Below, in pieces: positions 1 to 10,224 of a stretch of 56,710 bases of DNA. Positions within the stretch are counted from its first letter, which is position 1. Each line of letters begins with the position of its first letter. Position numbers and translations under genes: made by a program. The notes under the pieces were generated by a model. The model did not search any database. It was not told where the DNA came from and saw only the letters and a list, made by a program, of their open reading frames with translations. Origin of the DNA: Candidatus Wildermuthbacteria bacterium. GTDB lineage: Bacteria > Patescibacteriota > Minisyncoccia > Minisyncoccales > PEYH01. Where the stretch lies: positions 1 through 56,710 of the forward strand of contig JBBIKX010000002.1 in assembly GCA_037445205.1 (NCBI GenBank), written 5' to 3'.

Positions 1-1769
1 GACAAGGTGGCGCTGGTTGCGAAGGACAATGTGTTGTTAATGCCCTTGACAAGAAGCGTCTTGGCAGTATTGGCCGGGATGGTCCAGTTCAAAGAGAAGT
101 CAAGATCGGTTTCCTGCTGAACATTCTTCAGGTTAGAAACCAACGCATCGCCATCATAAAGACCAACAGATGTCAGATAGGTGGTGGTATTGAGCGTATC
201 ATTAATTCCTCCAACATCGGTGACATCAAATTTGACCTGAATGGTGTTCAAAATAACATTCTCTCCCTGAGCTCTTACATTGAAAGCGGCTAAGGTTTTG
301 CGGTTTGCGGTCTTAATCATTAATGCGGCGGCTCCCTGGGGATGGCTGGCGTCCATTGAAACAACCAATGTTCCGGTGCCAATGGTTACTGCGTTTGCGG
401 CGGTTGAACCAGTGCTTACCAAGCTAATGGTAGAGCTTACTCCGCGCGCAATAACTCCGCTGGCGCCGATATAAGCTGCAACGGCTCTTCCATTTCCCGC
501 AACAATGTCGGCAATCACCTCATAATTTTTGGCTGTTCCTTTTGTTAGGCGAATAGGAACGGCTAAATTAAAGGTGGCTTTCTTGTTGGTGAAATTAAGA
601 GGTCCGGCAACTGTGGCGCCCCCAATCTCCCTGATTCTTACATTGGTGACATCAGAATCGGAAATAGTGGTTGCTCCGGTGTCAATCTTTACAACAACTT
701 GATTTAAATCAATGTCTTCGTTTGAACCTGCGGATACGGTGAACTGTTCCAGAATAATGTCCTTTTCACCGATTCTAACGCTGGTCTTGGGAAGAGTGCT
801 GTATTGGGCAACGCTAAGCGAACCGGTTGAACCGGCAGGAACTATAAGGAAGCTGTTTCCTGCTATCGGGAAGGTGCCGCTAAAGGTTGCTCCAGAAATA
901 GCCGCAGCATTTTCAATGCCGAATTTGACACTTGCCATTACCTGAGCTTCTTTTCCAACATTGACCGCAACCGAAAGAGTGCGAGAACCGTTGGCTGGGA
1001 TTGACACGGCCGGAACAAAAACAAAGTTTACAAGATTTCCGGCGACTGTGCGATCGCTGCCAATTTGAATCCCGGTCTCGTCAAAAATCTTTACGGCTGA
1101 AATGTCTGTTGTGCCAGTCGCCTGAGTTGTGCCGTATGAGCGAAGGGTTAAGCCAGTAAGAGATGTAACGCTAGTTCCACCATAAAAGGTGAGTTTAGCG
1201 ACTATGTTATTGGCTGATCCTTGCCATAAATTAGCGGCAACAGGCGTGTCAGCTGCCAAAGTAACAGTCATAGGCGTTACTGCCGGAGGTATTACCGGAG
1301 GTATTACCGGAGGTATTATCGGAGGAGGTGTACCGGTTGCCAAAAGAGCATTTAGCTTTGCTCTTGTGATCGGACCGACAGTTCCAACCGCGCTGATTCC
1401 ATGCTTTTTCTGGAAAGCAATGACAGCTGCTCTGGTAAGAGAGCCGAAGTAATTGTTTCCAAGGGTCCAGGTTGCCGAGGCAGGAACCTCAACCTTCAGA
1501 ATATCCTTTAAATAAACAACGTCTTGATCCCTCATTCCCGTCTTGAGAGCCTTCTGAAAGGTAAACCCAGCCGGAATGTTTCCGTATGAGGCAGGGGTGG
1601 TAGTTTGACCGCCCTGTAATTGGGTCAATTGCTGCTGGTAAGCAAGCAATTGTGCCTGCAATTGGGCAATCTGCGCTGTGAGTTCCTCTGTTGTCAATGC
1701 GCTGGCCGGTGTGCCTGCCAACATTGAAAAAAGAACGACTCCAGCGAATAATTTTCTTAAAATACTCAT
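1..1769 (-). CDS. Secreted cell-surface protein with signal peptide, coiled coil, peptidoglycan-binding domain, PPVI linker and Ig-like beta repeats; C-terminus runs off the window start
   Basis: Hand translation of the minus strand from ATG at 1769-1767 is stop-free to position 1. It reads MSILRKLFAGVVLFSMLAGTPASA (signal peptide), ELTAQIAQLQAQLLAYQQQLTQLQ (coiled coil), GMRDQDVVYLKDIL...FGSLTRAAVIAFQKKHGISAVGTVGPITRAKLNALL (PG_binding_1-like), PPPIIPPVIPPVIPP, then T/S/V/G-rich repeats. It is absent from the ORF track because there is no stop codon in the window. Confidence 0.7.
   Translation of the reverse strand, partial: MSILRKLFAGVVLFSMLAGTPASALTTEELTAQIAQLQAQLLAYQQQLTQLQGGQTTTPASYGNIPAGFTFQKALKTGMRDQDVVYLKDILKVEVPASATWTLGNNYFGSLTRAAVIAFQKKHGISAVGTVGPITRAKLNALLATGTPPPIIPPVIPPVIPPAVTPMTVTLAADTPVAANLWQGSANNIVAKLTFYGGTSVTSLTGLTLRSYGTTQATGTTDISAVKIFDETGIQIGSDRTVAGNLVNFVFVPAVSIPANGSRTLSVAVNVGKEAQVMASVKFGIENAAAISGATFSGTFPIAGNSFLIVPAGSTGSLSVAQYSTLPKTSVRIGEKDIILEQFTVSAGSNEDIDLNQVVVKIDTGATTISDSDVTNVRIREIGGATVAGPLNFTNKKATFNLAVPIRLTKGTAKNYEVIADIVAGNGRAVAAYIGASGVIARGVSSTISLVSTGSTAANAVTIGTGTLVVSMDASHPQGAAALMIKTANRKTLAAFNVRAQGENVILNTIQVKFDVTDVGGINDTLNTTTYLTSVGLYDGDALVSNLKNVQQETDLDFSLNWTIPANTAKTLLVKGINNTLSFATSATL
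1283..1325. repeat. 12-nt tandem repeat (ccggaggtatta, 3 full units plus a partial one) encoding the PPVI/PPII linker
   Basis: Direct reading: ccggaggtatta ccggaggtatta ccggaggtatta tcggagg. Confidence 0.85.
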
Positions 1770-1799
1770 TTTTTTCTGTTTGTGTTTTAATTAATTGTT

Positions 1800-2111
1800 C
1801 CCCAACACTAATCAGCACTCAAACAAATCAAGATTCAAGGCTGTGACGTATTCTTCTTTTTAATCCTCCAAGTGCTTGGCCGTATAGTTTTAGCATTTCT
1901 TCTCTTGTCTTTGCGTCTTGTTCTGATTTATACGCTTCGCAATAAATTAATTCCAATGGCCTTCTATATTTCGTTGATTTGTTCAACCCATCATTATGTT
2001 CTTTGATTCTTTTTTTTAAATCTCTTGTAAATCCTATGTATAATCTTTCATCTTTTAAGTTCCGCAAGATATATACAAAGAACATAATGAAAGTGCTGAT
2101 TAGTGTTGGGG
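1800..2111. mobile_element. GIY-YIG gene cassette bracketed by perfect 20-bp inverted repeats (1800-1819 ccccaacactaatcagcact; 2092-2111 agtgctgattagtgttgggg)
   Basis: The two 20-mers are exact reverse complements. They enclose only the 85-aa GIY-YIG ORF plus a few flanking bases. Mobility is an inference. Confidence 0.4.
1828..2085 (-). CDS. GIY-YIG nuclease family protein (stand-alone URI domain)
   Basis: MFFVYILRNLKDERLYIGFTRDLKKRIKEHN shows the GIY...YIG spacing plus a conserved R and E; ORF is 85 aa. Confidence 0.85.
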   Translation of the reverse strand: MFFVYILRNLKDERLYIGFTRDLKKRIKEHNDGLNKSTKYRRPLELIYCEAYKSEQDAKTREEMLKLYGQALGGLKRRIRHSLES

Positions 2112-2275
2112 GTTCGACCTTTAATTATATTGTCGCTTTTGCGACCTGCTCCTTTGCTTTGTTCTTGGCTTTAGCCCAAAGATACTTAATCTTTTGACCT
2201 TTTTTTAATTTTGATTAAATATCTTTTTAAGGAACGAAATAAAAGAGCCAAGCGACGTCGGTTGTCAAAAATTAG

Positions 2276-3043
2276 TTAATTGCCGCCTGTCATTTTTAAA
2301 ATAACCTCAAGCGACTCTTGATAAAGACCTGCATTAAAATTTGCTTTTGCTTCTTCAAGCAGAACTTTTTGCGCATCATTTGTGCTGACTTTTTCAAAAA
2401 GAATCAGCAATTCCGAAACAGTGCTTTTTATTCCATCCTCAACCATTTGGGTTGTTTTGTGGGTAAGATCTTCTGTATCAAGCTCTGTATCGCTTAATGC
2501 TGCGCTAACTTCTTTTACCTTTTGATTAATGCTTACAACTTTGCCCACAATTAGAGCCGCTTCTTGCGGATTTTTCGCGGTCTTTGGGATCTTTTGAGAC
2601 GCTGTTTTTATTGTTGCGTTAATCTGTTGAATTTTTTGGCGGTCTATTGTTTTTTCCTGAGCAAAAGAAAGCTCTGTTTTTACCTTTTCTAATTCCTTTT
2701 CTGCCATTGTAAGATAATAATCCGCGCCATTATCTTTTTCTTTGTATGGATTAACTATAACGGTTGATTCATCTTTGGAAATGTTGGAAATGTTTGCAAG
2801 TCCCCAAAATGCTCCCGCGACAATAAGAGCTATAACCACAACTCTCGCAAAAACAAGCGCGGGGAATCTTTGAGTAAAAACATCAAAAGAGGGCACAAAC
2901 TCTCTGATTCTTGCTGGAAAATCAAAAAATCTCTCCATTGGCTTTTTGCCGAGTATTCTTGTCTCTAAATCGCCCACCCATTTTCTTGATGGTTTGATTT
3001 CTCCCAATATTTTTATGGCTTTTATAATGTCTGCTTCTTCCAT
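2276..3043 (-). CDS. Single-pass membrane protein with helical extracytoplasmic domain; possible anti-sigma partner of the adjacent ECF sigma factor
   Basis: 255-aa ORF immediately downstream of the sigma factor gene. It has one TM segment (ALVFARVVVIALIVAGAFWGL) and a coiled-coil-rich C-terminus. Function is inferred from position only. Confidence 0.5.
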   Translation of the reverse strand: MEEADIIKAIKILGEIKPSRKWVGDLETRILGKKPMERFFDFPARIREFVPSFDVFTQRFPALVFARVVVIALIVAGAFWGLANISNISKDESTVIVNPYKEKDNGADYYLTMAEKELEKVKTELSFAQEKTIDRQKIQQINATIKTASQKIPKTAKNPQEAALIVGKVVSINQKVKEVSAALSDTELDTEDLTHKTTQMVEDGIKSTVSELLILFEKVSTNDAQKVLLEEAKANFNAGLYQESLEVILKMTGGN

Positions 3044-3096
3044 AAAAACTTATTTCTGTTTATTCTATTATAGATGACGGGATTTGGGATGTTTTA

Positions 3097-3609
3097 TTAC
3101 ACTCCATTAACTTCTTTCTTTAATTCGGACATTGCCCTATGCAGCATTACCCTGACCGCGTTCTCAGACTTATTCAAGATTTGCGATATTTCAGCGGTTT
3201 TCATATTGTCCAGATAATGCCAAAAGATGATATCCTGATAATCATCGCTTAGCCGCGAAAGCGCCTTTTGAACGATCTTCATATCAGAGGCAAATGCTTC
3301 TTTTTTGCCCAAATCTTGGCTGGGATCAATAATCCCCTCTAATCCTTCCAGAGAAATGGTTTTTGAATCAGGCTTTTGGCGGTAATAATCTACGACAAGA
3401 TTTCTTGCCGTTCTATATAAAAAAGCCCTCGGATTTTTGATATTCAAAGCTCCTTTTTCTTGTAAAACCCCCCAGAAGCGCAAAAAAACATCTGAAGTAA
3501 AATCCTCTGCCAATTGCGAAGAATTCAGCTTGAGATAGCAGAATCTGTAAATATGATCTACGTTTTTGCGATAAATTTTAGTAAATTGAAAATAAAGCAC
3601 GCTGTCCAT
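3097..3609 (-). CDS. ECF-type RNA polymerase sigma-70 family factor
   Basis: Region 2-like DHIYRFCYLKLNSSQLAEDFTSDVFLRFW and region 4 HTH DDYQDIIFWHYLDNMKTAEISQILNKSENAVRVMLHRAMSELKK. Confidence 0.85.
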   Translation of the reverse strand: MDSVLYFQFTKIYRKNVDHIYRFCYLKLNSSQLAEDFTSDVFLRFWGVLQEKGALNIKNPRAFLYRTARNLVVDYYRQKPDSKTISLEGLEGIIDPSQDLGKKEAFASDMKIVQKALSRLSDDYQDIIFWHYLDNMKTAEISQILNKSENAVRVMLHRAMSELKKEVNGV

Positions 3610-3632
3610 ATCGTTTGAATTCGGTCAATGAT

Positions 3633-4292
3633 TTAATTTAATTCGGACATCAGCTGATTTTGATTGCCATTGTCCGCATTTGTCGGATGTTCTGTCCGGT
3701 TTTCGGCGAGCCAATAAGCCACATCTTTCTGTCCATCTCTTTTTCTGGAAACTAATCCATTTTTTGCGAGCAGCTCCATATCTCTTCGCAGGGTTCTTGG
3801 GCTCACTCCTGAAAACACCCTTTTTAGCTCGGAAAGATTGATTCGTTTTTTATAATTTAAAAGATTCATTATTTTTTCCTGCCTTTTTTCGGGCGGAACC
3901 CGCACAACAAATACAAGATCTGTTTTCTTGGTTTTTTGAATGGGTTTTATGGACTGTTTTGATCCTAAAACGGCATCGGGCGATTCTTTGGTCTCCAGAG
4001 TCTCTTTTGCAGAAAGCCTTTCTAAAATTCTATCATATTCTTTTAAAATTATTAAAATGTTTTCTTCCTTGACCCAATTTTGAAAGCTCGCCACCCTTAA
4101 AAGAGCTTTTATTTTTTGTATTGAAGTGTTTATCAGTCCTCCTTTCAGGCCGCCGCTCTTGGCACAGATTAATTCTACCAATATCTGGTTTGCCATTTCT
4201 CTAATCTGGCTCTTTAAGGGCTCTCTTTCAGGAAAAAGACCGGTCACTCTATAAACGGACAAAGTTAGTTTTATAAAATAATCATTATCCAT
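3633..4292 (-). CDS. DeoR-type winged-HTH transcriptional regulator with an N-terminal helical-bundle domain
   Basis: C-terminal RINLSELKRVFSGVSPRTLRRDMELLAKNGLVSRK matches the DeoR HTH pattern. Confidence 0.65.
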   Translation of the reverse strand: MDNDYFIKLTLSVYRVTGLFPEREPLKSQIREMANQILVELICAKSGGLKGGLINTSIQKIKALLRVASFQNWVKEENILIILKEYDRILERLSAKETLETKESPDAVLGSKQSIKPIQKTKKTDLVFVVRVPPEKRQEKIMNLLNYKKRINLSELKRVFSGVSPRTLRRDMELLAKNGLVSRKRDGQKDVAYWLAENRTEHPTNADNGNQNQLMSELN

Positions 4293-4457
4293 AAATAGTT
4301 TTATTGGTTTCTTAATATAGCAAAAACATTGATTTCGGTCAAAGGCAAAAAACCATTATCTGGCCTTTACAATCTTTTTTTGCCGGATTAAAATGATTTA
4401 ATGTCTTTTTTTAAAGGTCGAATTTTTTATCTGTAATATGTTTTCAGTTTACAAATT

Positions 4458-4964
4458 ATGAAAATAGCGATTAAGAAACAATACCTAAGCTGGATAATAG
4501 TGATTGCAATATTGCTGGCTCTGGGCGTGCTTGCATATACTTACCGCCAGCCCGCAAAAGAAACCGGCCCATCAAATCAAGAAGCCTCTATAAGCGGCGC
4601 TCCGGAAGAAAATCTTGATGGAAATCTAAAAATTTCTGAAGTAAACGATCAAATTATAAACGACAAAAACGATAAAACAAAGACCTATGAAGAAACAGCC
4701 GAATACGGCGAGGGCATAACTCATCTTGCCAGAAAAGCAATGAAAAAATATTTTTCTCAACAGGGAGAAAATCCTGATTTAGCGCCGGAACATAAGGTTT
4801 ATATAGAAGATTATCTTCAGAACAAGCGCGGAGAAAGATGGCTTGAATTGGGAGAAAAAATAAGTTTTTCAAGCCAAGAAATTGAAGAAGCCATCCAAAA
4901 ATCTCTTGGATTAGGGCAGGAACAATTAAACAATCTTAGCCAGTTTGTTTTTGCCGTAGAATAA
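4458..4964 (+). CDS. Hypothetical membrane-anchored protein
   Basis: 168-aa ORF with N-terminal TM segment LSWIIVIAILLALGVLAY and no recognised motif. It is the only plus-strand ORF in a divergent intergenic context. Confidence 0.55.
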   Translation: MKIAIKKQYLSWIIVIAILLALGVLAYTYRQPAKETGPSNQEASISGAPEENLDGNLKISEVNDQIINDKNDKTKTYEETAEYGEGITHLARKAMKKYFSQQGENPDLAPEHKVYIEDYLQNKRGERWLELGEKISFSSQEIEEAIQKSLGLGQEQLNNLSQFVFAVE

Positions 4965-4975
4965 GACTTACAATT

Positions 4976-5728
4976 CTATATCGCCAAATGACCCAAACTA
5001 TTTTGAGGACTGGGGGCGTCTTTTAAAACAAAATCGCTTTGGTTTTTATCGCTATCAAACGGAAATTGGTTGATTTTTCTTCTTTCAATGGATTTTTTGC
5101 TTAAAAGACCCGATTCAAGGATGACCCCATCTCCCTCTTTTGCCAACGCAGGCGGCAAATTATTTTTTTCGCCCCACGATATTTTATCGTAAATTTTTTT
5201 ATTCTTGTCTGAGATAATAACGCCGCTTACAGAAGTCAATTGCGGCCCAAAAATCGCATCGCCAATCAATATTTTTTCTTGAATCTTTATCTGACCCCCA
5301 ACAAAAAGAAAATAACCTCCTGCAGGGATAATGTTGTTTGACCACTGAATTCTCTTTTTTGTTTTCTGATTTTTAGAATTTACCAGCTCTAAAACAAAAT
5401 TTTCATCATTTAGGGTTATTGGAAAATCGTTTGGATTGTAGATCTCTATGAATTCATTTTTGGAGGAATCAAATCCGGCGCAGACCTCGTTTATCAAAAG
5501 GGGGCGCAAAAGCTCTTTTTTTTCTTTTTCGTCCTGCTTTGCAATTTCTTTGGCAGGATTTTTCTGAATATCATTTTTAATCTCAGGCGTTTTTTCAATC
5601 AAGCTTTCGTCAAAAAATTTATTTATTTTTTTCCCTGAATCTAAAAATAAAAACCTATTAAAATAGGCCGTTGTAAAAATAAATATTGCCAAAAGAATTG
5701 AAAGTGTAAGGCAGGTCTTTTTTGTCAT
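4976..5728 (-). CDS. Lamin-tail-domain (LTD) membrane-anchored protein
   Basis: N-terminal TM segment followed by LINEVCAGFDSSKNEFIEIYNP...GGYFLF, which is typical of LTD. Its start overlaps the clpB stop (ATGA). Confidence 0.7.
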   Translation of the reverse strand: MTKKTCLTLSILLAIFIFTTAYFNRFLFLDSGKKINKFFDESLIEKTPEIKNDIQKNPAKEIAKQDEKEKKELLRPLLINEVCAGFDSSKNEFIEIYNPNDFPITLNDENFVLELVNSKNQKTKKRIQWSNNIIPAGGYFLFVGGQIKIQEKILIGDAIFGPQLTSVSGVIISDKNKKIYDKISWGEKNNLPPALAKEGDGVILESGLLSKKSIERRKINQFPFDSDKNQSDFVLKDAPSPQNSLGHLAI

Positions 5729-8382
5729 TTTCTCTTTGCGGCTTTTCTTGAGGGAAGCAAAAAGACGACGTTATTGTTTTTTACGTCAACCGTCACTATT
5801 TCTCCCTCCTTAATCTCTCCGGTAACAATTTTAAGCGCTAAAGGGTCAAGAATCAGCTTCTGGATTGTTCTTTGCAGCGGCCTTGCCCCCAAATTCTGAT
5901 CAAATCCTTTCTCTGAAAGAAAGTTTTTCGTTTCGCCGGCCATCTCTAAAATAATCCCTTTTTTTGCCAATCTGCCCGATACTTTTTCCAATTGAATTTC
6001 AATAATCTTTTTTATCTCTTGTGATCCAAGATAATTAAAAATAATGGTTTCGTCAATTCTATTTAAAAACTCGGGCCTGAACCTTTCCCGCAAGGCATCC
6101 ATTACCTTTTCTTTAAGCGATTTTGACTGATCTGACTGGTCTGTTACAAAACCCAAAGGCGCCATCATAGAAATATATTCCGAGCCAATATTGGAAGTCA
6201 TAATGATAATCGTATTTTTAAAGGAAACATTTCTTCCTTTGGCGTCGGTCAATCTTCCTTCGTCTAAAATCTGCAATAAAATATTAAAAACATCGGGATG
6301 AGCTTTTTCAATTTCATCCAAAAGCAAAACGCCATACGGCCTTCTCCTTATTTTTTCAGTAAGCTGTCCGCCCTCTTCGTATCCGACATAGCCGGGGGGA
6401 GAACCGATAATCTTTGAAACAGTATGCCTTTCCATATATTCCGACATATCAAGACGAACCAGCGCGTTTTCGTCGCTGAATAAAAACTCGGCAAGGGCTT
6501 TTGCGGTTTCAGTTTTCCCAACACCCGTCGGCCCCAAGAAAAGAAATGATCCCATAGGATGATTTTCCTGCGCAATCCCGGCGCGGCTCCGCCTGATGGC
6601 GTTGGCGATCGCCTTGATGGCGTCATCCTGCCCCACAATTCTTTTGGAAAGCGTTTCCTCCATTTTTGATAATTTAATGGCCTCTCCCTCAAGAAGGCGC
6701 ATCACTGGAATTCCGGTCCAGCGGGAAACAACTCGGGCGATATCTTCTTCGTTCACATCTTCCTTTAGAAGCCGGTGTTTTTTCCTGAACTCGATCAGGG
6801 CTCTTTCCCTGTCTTTAATTGATTTAATAATGCCGGGTATGGTTCCGTATTTTATTTCCGCCACTTTTTCAAGATTTCCCGCCCTTTGCTCTTTTTCTGA
6901 TTCAAAGCTCAGTCTGTCTATTTCTTTTTCCTTTTCCCTGATCTCTTTAATCAGGTTTTTTTCTGTCTGCCACTTAAGCTCCAGGTCTTTTAATTTTTCT
7001 TTTAAATCCGCCAGCGCGCGATCGCAAGCCGATATTCTTTTTTTGGATTTTTGATCCTTTTCCTCTTTTTTAAGGGCTTGCCTTTCAATTTCTATTTTTT
7101 GAATTTCTTTTTTCAAATCCTCTACTTCAATTGGCTCTGATTCAATTTCCAAGCGCAGAGAAGAAGCGGCCTCATCCAGCAAATCTATCGCTTTGTCTGG
7201 TAAAAACCTGTCTGTAATATAGCGGGCGGCAAGCTCGGCTGACGCAACCAGCGAAGAATCCTTTATTTTCACTCCGTGGTGTAGTTCGTATTTCTCTTTG
7301 ATTCCGCGCAAAATTGAAATTGTGTCTTCAATCGTTGGCTCAGATACAAAAATAGGCATAAACCTTCTTTCAAGCGCCGGATCCTTTTCAATGTGTTTTT
7401 GATATTCTTTCAGGGTGGTAGCGCCGATAGCCCTTAACTCTCCCCTTGCAAGGGCGGGCTTCAAAAGGTTTGAGGCGTCAATTGATCCCTCGGCCGATCC
7501 CGCTCCCACAACGGTATGCAATTCGTCAACAAACACCACATAATGCCCTTTTGCTTTTTCAATTTCCTTTACAAGCGCCTTCATCCTTTGCTCAAACTCC
7601 CCCCTGTATTTTGTGCCCGCAACCAAAAGCCCCAAATCAAGAGAGATAATTTCTTTATCGCGCAAACTTTCCGGAACGGCTCCGTTGATAATTCTTTGGG
7701 CAAGCCCTTCAACAATGGCAGTTTTCCCAACTCCTGCCTCGCCTATCAGAACAGGATTATTTTTTGTTCGCCTTGAAAGCACCTGAACCACCCTCCTGAT
7801 TTCGTTTTCTCTGCCAATAATCGGATCGAGCTTTCCCGCTTGGGCAAGTTTGGTCAAATTTTTTGTGTATTTTTGAATAATTTGATATTTGGATTCGGGG
7901 TTGGGATCGGTGATTTTTTCTCCGCCCCTTAATTCCTCAAGAAGTTTTAAAACATTTTGATATTCAACGCCTTGGCTATGATAATCATCTAAAATTTTTT
8001 TTGCCTCGCTTGGAGTATTCAAAATGGCCAGAAAAAGATGTTCTGTTGAAATATATTCATCGTCCATTTTTATTATTTCCTCTCTTGACCTCTCCAAAGT
8101 TCTTGCCAGATCCTGAGTGATGTAGAATTGGCTGGAAAACATAAAATCCTCGCGCGCGGGAATTTTGCTTAACGCAAATGAGATCTTCTTTTTTAAATCG
8201 TCAAGATTGACGCCTAATTTTCTTAAAAGCGTTACCACCACTGTTCCTTCCTGCCCCGTCAAAACATAAAGCAGATGCAGCGCATCAACCTGTTGCTGCC
8301 CCATTTTTTTCGCCACTTCCTGCGCCCTGATAATTGCCTCCTGCGCTCTGTGCGTAAAGTCTTGTCCGCCCGGTGCAAACAT
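5725..8382 (-). CDS. clpB: ATP-dependent chaperone ClpB
   Basis: Two AAA+ modules with Walker A GEAGVGKT and GPTGVGKT, a long coiled-coil middle domain and a Clp N-domain; 885 aa. Confidence 0.95.
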   Translation of the reverse strand: MFAPGGQDFTHRAQEAIIRAQEVAKKMGQQQVDALHLLYVLTGQEGTVVVTLLRKLGVNLDDLKKKISFALSKIPAREDFMFSSQFYITQDLARTLERSREEIIKMDDEYISTEHLFLAILNTPSEAKKILDDYHSQGVEYQNVLKLLEELRGGEKITDPNPESKYQIIQKYTKNLTKLAQAGKLDPIIGRENEIRRVVQVLSRRTKNNPVLIGEAGVGKTAIVEGLAQRIINGAVPESLRDKEIISLDLGLLVAGTKYRGEFEQRMKALVKEIEKAKGHYVVFVDELHTVVGAGSAEGSIDASNLLKPALARGELRAIGATTLKEYQKHIEKDPALERRFMPIFVSEPTIEDTISILRGIKEKYELHHGVKIKDSSLVASAELAARYITDRFLPDKAIDLLDEAASSLRLEIESEPIEVEDLKKEIQKIEIERQALKKEEKDQKSKKRISACDRALADLKEKLKDLELKWQTEKNLIKEIREKEKEIDRLSFESEKEQRAGNLEKVAEIKYGTIPGIIKSIKDRERALIEFRKKHRLLKEDVNEEDIARVVSRWTGIPVMRLLEGEAIKLSKMEETLSKRIVGQDDAIKAIANAIRRSRAGIAQENHPMGSFLFLGPTGVGKTETAKALAEFLFSDENALVRLDMSEYMERHTVSKIIGSPPGYVGYEEGGQLTEKIRRRPYGVLLLDEIEKAHPDVFNILLQILDEGRLTDAKGRNVSFKNTIIIMTSNIGSEYISMMAPLGFVTDQSDQSKSLKEKVMDALRERFRPEFLNRIDETIIFNYLGSQEIKKIIEIQLEKVSGRLAKKGIILEMAGETKNFLSEKGFDQNLGARPLQRTIQKLILDPLALKIVTGEIKEGEIVTVDVKNNNVVFLLPSRKAAKRK

Positions 8383-8434
8383 ATAATTTATAAAAGCATT
8401 GTAAAACTTAAGAATTTTTTGTCAATTCGCCTCA

Positions 8435-9727
8435 TTAATTTGTTCTCTCTCCAAGGGTGAGCACCAGAATTTTTTCCTGCCCCTGCCTTAAAATTTTTAC
8501 CTTTACAGTCTCTGCGGGATTATATTTTTGAATAATTTTTGCCAAGCTGTTTTTAATGGTGATTTTTTCCTGCCCGAACTCAAGAATAATATCGTCCTGC
8601 CTTATGCCCGCGCTATGCGCCGGAGTGCCGGCTATCACCGCTTGGTCGGTTTTTTGCCCCCGGCTATCCCTTCCAACCCATGCTCCATAATCAACGCTTA
8701 AATTAAATTCCTGTTTTAAATCCTCTGTAACAAGAGTGTAATATACGCCAAGGTAGGGATAAGTTATTTTGCCCGTATTTTTAACCTGCTCAATGGCTTT
8801 TCTCGCCCGATTTATGGGAATTGCGAAAGCAATGTTTTCTCCCGATAGCGCTTTTGCCACGTTAACTCCGATAACCTCTCCTGCCAGATTCAAAAGAGGT
8901 CCTCCTGAATTTCCCAAATTAATGGCTGCGTCGGTCTGGATGATATCTTCCAATACCTCTGTCATTCCTCCTCCTGTGGCGGTAATAGTTCTTCCAAGCC
9001 CGGAAACCACGCCCACAGAAACTGTATTTTCAAACTCTCCGAGGGCGTTGCCGATAGCAATAACCGTCTGTCCGATTTGAAGGTTTGTTGAGTCGCCGAA
9101 TTCAACTACCGAAAAAGTTTTTTCTTTTTCATTTTTCTGATTTTCTATTTTTAAAAGGGCCAGATCATAGTAAGGATCTCTTGCCAGAATTTTTGCTGAA
9201 TATTTTCTGCCCTCATTGGTTAAAACCGTATATTGAGCGCCCTCTTCTGCCACTACGTGCTTATTGGTCAAAATCATTCCGTCAGGCGAAACTATAAAAC
9301 CCGTGCCTCCGCCAACCTGCTGTTTTTTGGTCCCTTTTTCGCGATATTGCGGAATTTCTATATTGAAGGGCCAATCGGGCCCAAAGGGATTAATGTAATA
9401 TCTTTCAAGAATGGGGAGATCTTTTGTTATGATAATACTTACTACCGCCGGAGATGTTTTTTTGACCGCATCAATAATTTTCTGCTCTTGGCTCGTCTGG
9501 GGAATATAATTGTTTTCAGGCGCAAAAAGACCGTCGTCTAATCCTTTGTTCAAAAACTTATCAATGTTCCCTTTAAGGTAAAATTCTGCGAAATAAAAAC
9601 CGCCCGCCCCTCCGAATAAAAGAGAAACAATCGCTATTAGAATTACAAGCGCGATTATTTTTGTGCTTTTATGGCGGGGCGGAGTTAATTTGGGAGGGTC
9701 GTATTGGGATAAAAATTTTTCTTCCAT
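8435..9727 (-). CDS. htrA: HtrA/DegP-family serine protease with PDZ domain
   Basis: Catalytic motifs NKHVV, DLALLK and GNSGGPL, an N-terminal TM segment and a C-terminal PDZ-like region. Confidence 0.9.
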   Translation of the reverse strand: MEEKFLSQYDPPKLTPPRHKSTKIIALVILIAIVSLLFGGAGGFYFAEFYLKGNIDKFLNKGLDDGLFAPENNYIPQTSQEQKIIDAVKKTSPAVVSIIITKDLPILERYYINPFGPDWPFNIEIPQYREKGTKKQQVGGGTGFIVSPDGMILTNKHVVAEEGAQYTVLTNEGRKYSAKILARDPYYDLALLKIENQKNEKEKTFSVVEFGDSTNLQIGQTVIAIGNALGEFENTVSVGVVSGLGRTITATGGGMTEVLEDIIQTDAAINLGNSGGPLLNLAGEVIGVNVAKALSGENIAFAIPINRARKAIEQVKNTGKITYPYLGVYYTLVTEDLKQEFNLSVDYGAWVGRDSRGQKTDQAVIAGTPAHSAGIRQDDIILEFGQEKITIKNSLAKIIQKYNPAETVKVKILRQGQEKILVLTLGERTN

Positions 9728-9773
9728 ATTTTTTGTTTAATAATTATCAGACGCTGCATTACATTTTATCATT

Positions 9774-10157
9774 TTATCTGGATTGAAAAAAGTTTATAAT
9801 GTGCGGCAAAAAAATCAAAAGACCGACAAAAACCGAGCCGATTGCCACGATTAAAACTGCAGCTGATGAAAAATCTTTTATTCTTTTTATAAGAGGATCG
9901 TTTTTTGGCTGGACAATGTCAAGCGTTTTTTCAATCTGGGAATTTAAAAGTTCAAAACCCAGCACCGCGCCGATTGTTAAAAATAAGATCGCCCATTCTG
10001 TTGTTTTAAGGGGCAACAAAAAAGCGAGCGCTATAACAAAAACGGCCCCCAAAATCTGCAAGCGGAAGCTTTGCTCCGAAAAAAACGCTCTTTTAATGGC
10101 CAAAAGCGCCAAGCTAAAATTATAAAAAAATCTTTTAAAGTTAAAGAATTTATCCAT
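9774..10157 (-). CDS. dgkA: Diacylglycerol/undecaprenol kinase family membrane protein
   Basis: AIKRAFFSEQSFRLQ...ELLNSQIE...D pattern and 3 TM segments. Start chosen at internal MDKFF (ATG 10157) rather than the track start at 10196. Confidence 0.7.
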   Translation of the reverse strand: MDKFFNFKRFFYNFSLALLAIKRAFFSEQSFRLQILGAVFVIALAFLLPLKTTEWAILFLTIGAVLGFELLNSQIEKTLDIVQPKNDPLIKRIKDFSSAAVLIVAIGSVFVGLLIFLPHIINFFQSR

Positions 10158-10224
10158 ACTATCATTATAGCAAAAGAAGGGGCGCGCAAAAGACAAACAA
10201 TCTGTCCAGTGCGCGCCGCTCCGA

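Noticed and set aside
280-1452. Plus-strand ORFs 280..474, 712..945 and 1189..1452
   Set aside because: They are antisense shadows of the long minus-strand surface-protein ORF, with low-complexity A/G/V/P composition.
1489-1818. 109-aa minus-strand ORF from the track
   Set aside because: It is out of frame with, and overlaps, the well-supported surface-protein gene that starts at 1769 with a signal peptide and a PG-binding domain. Its sequence looks random.
2093-2125. tRNA-like T-arm motif gggggttcgacc
   Set aside because: No complementary T-stem, acceptor stem or anticodon arm can be drawn. The G-run belongs to the 20-bp inverted repeat.
6348-7776. ORFs inside or antisense to clpB (6348..6692, 6596..7054, 7446..7649, 7516..7776)
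   Set aside because: They are fully contained in the clpB coding region, which has unambiguous AAA+ motifs. These are alternative-frame artefacts.
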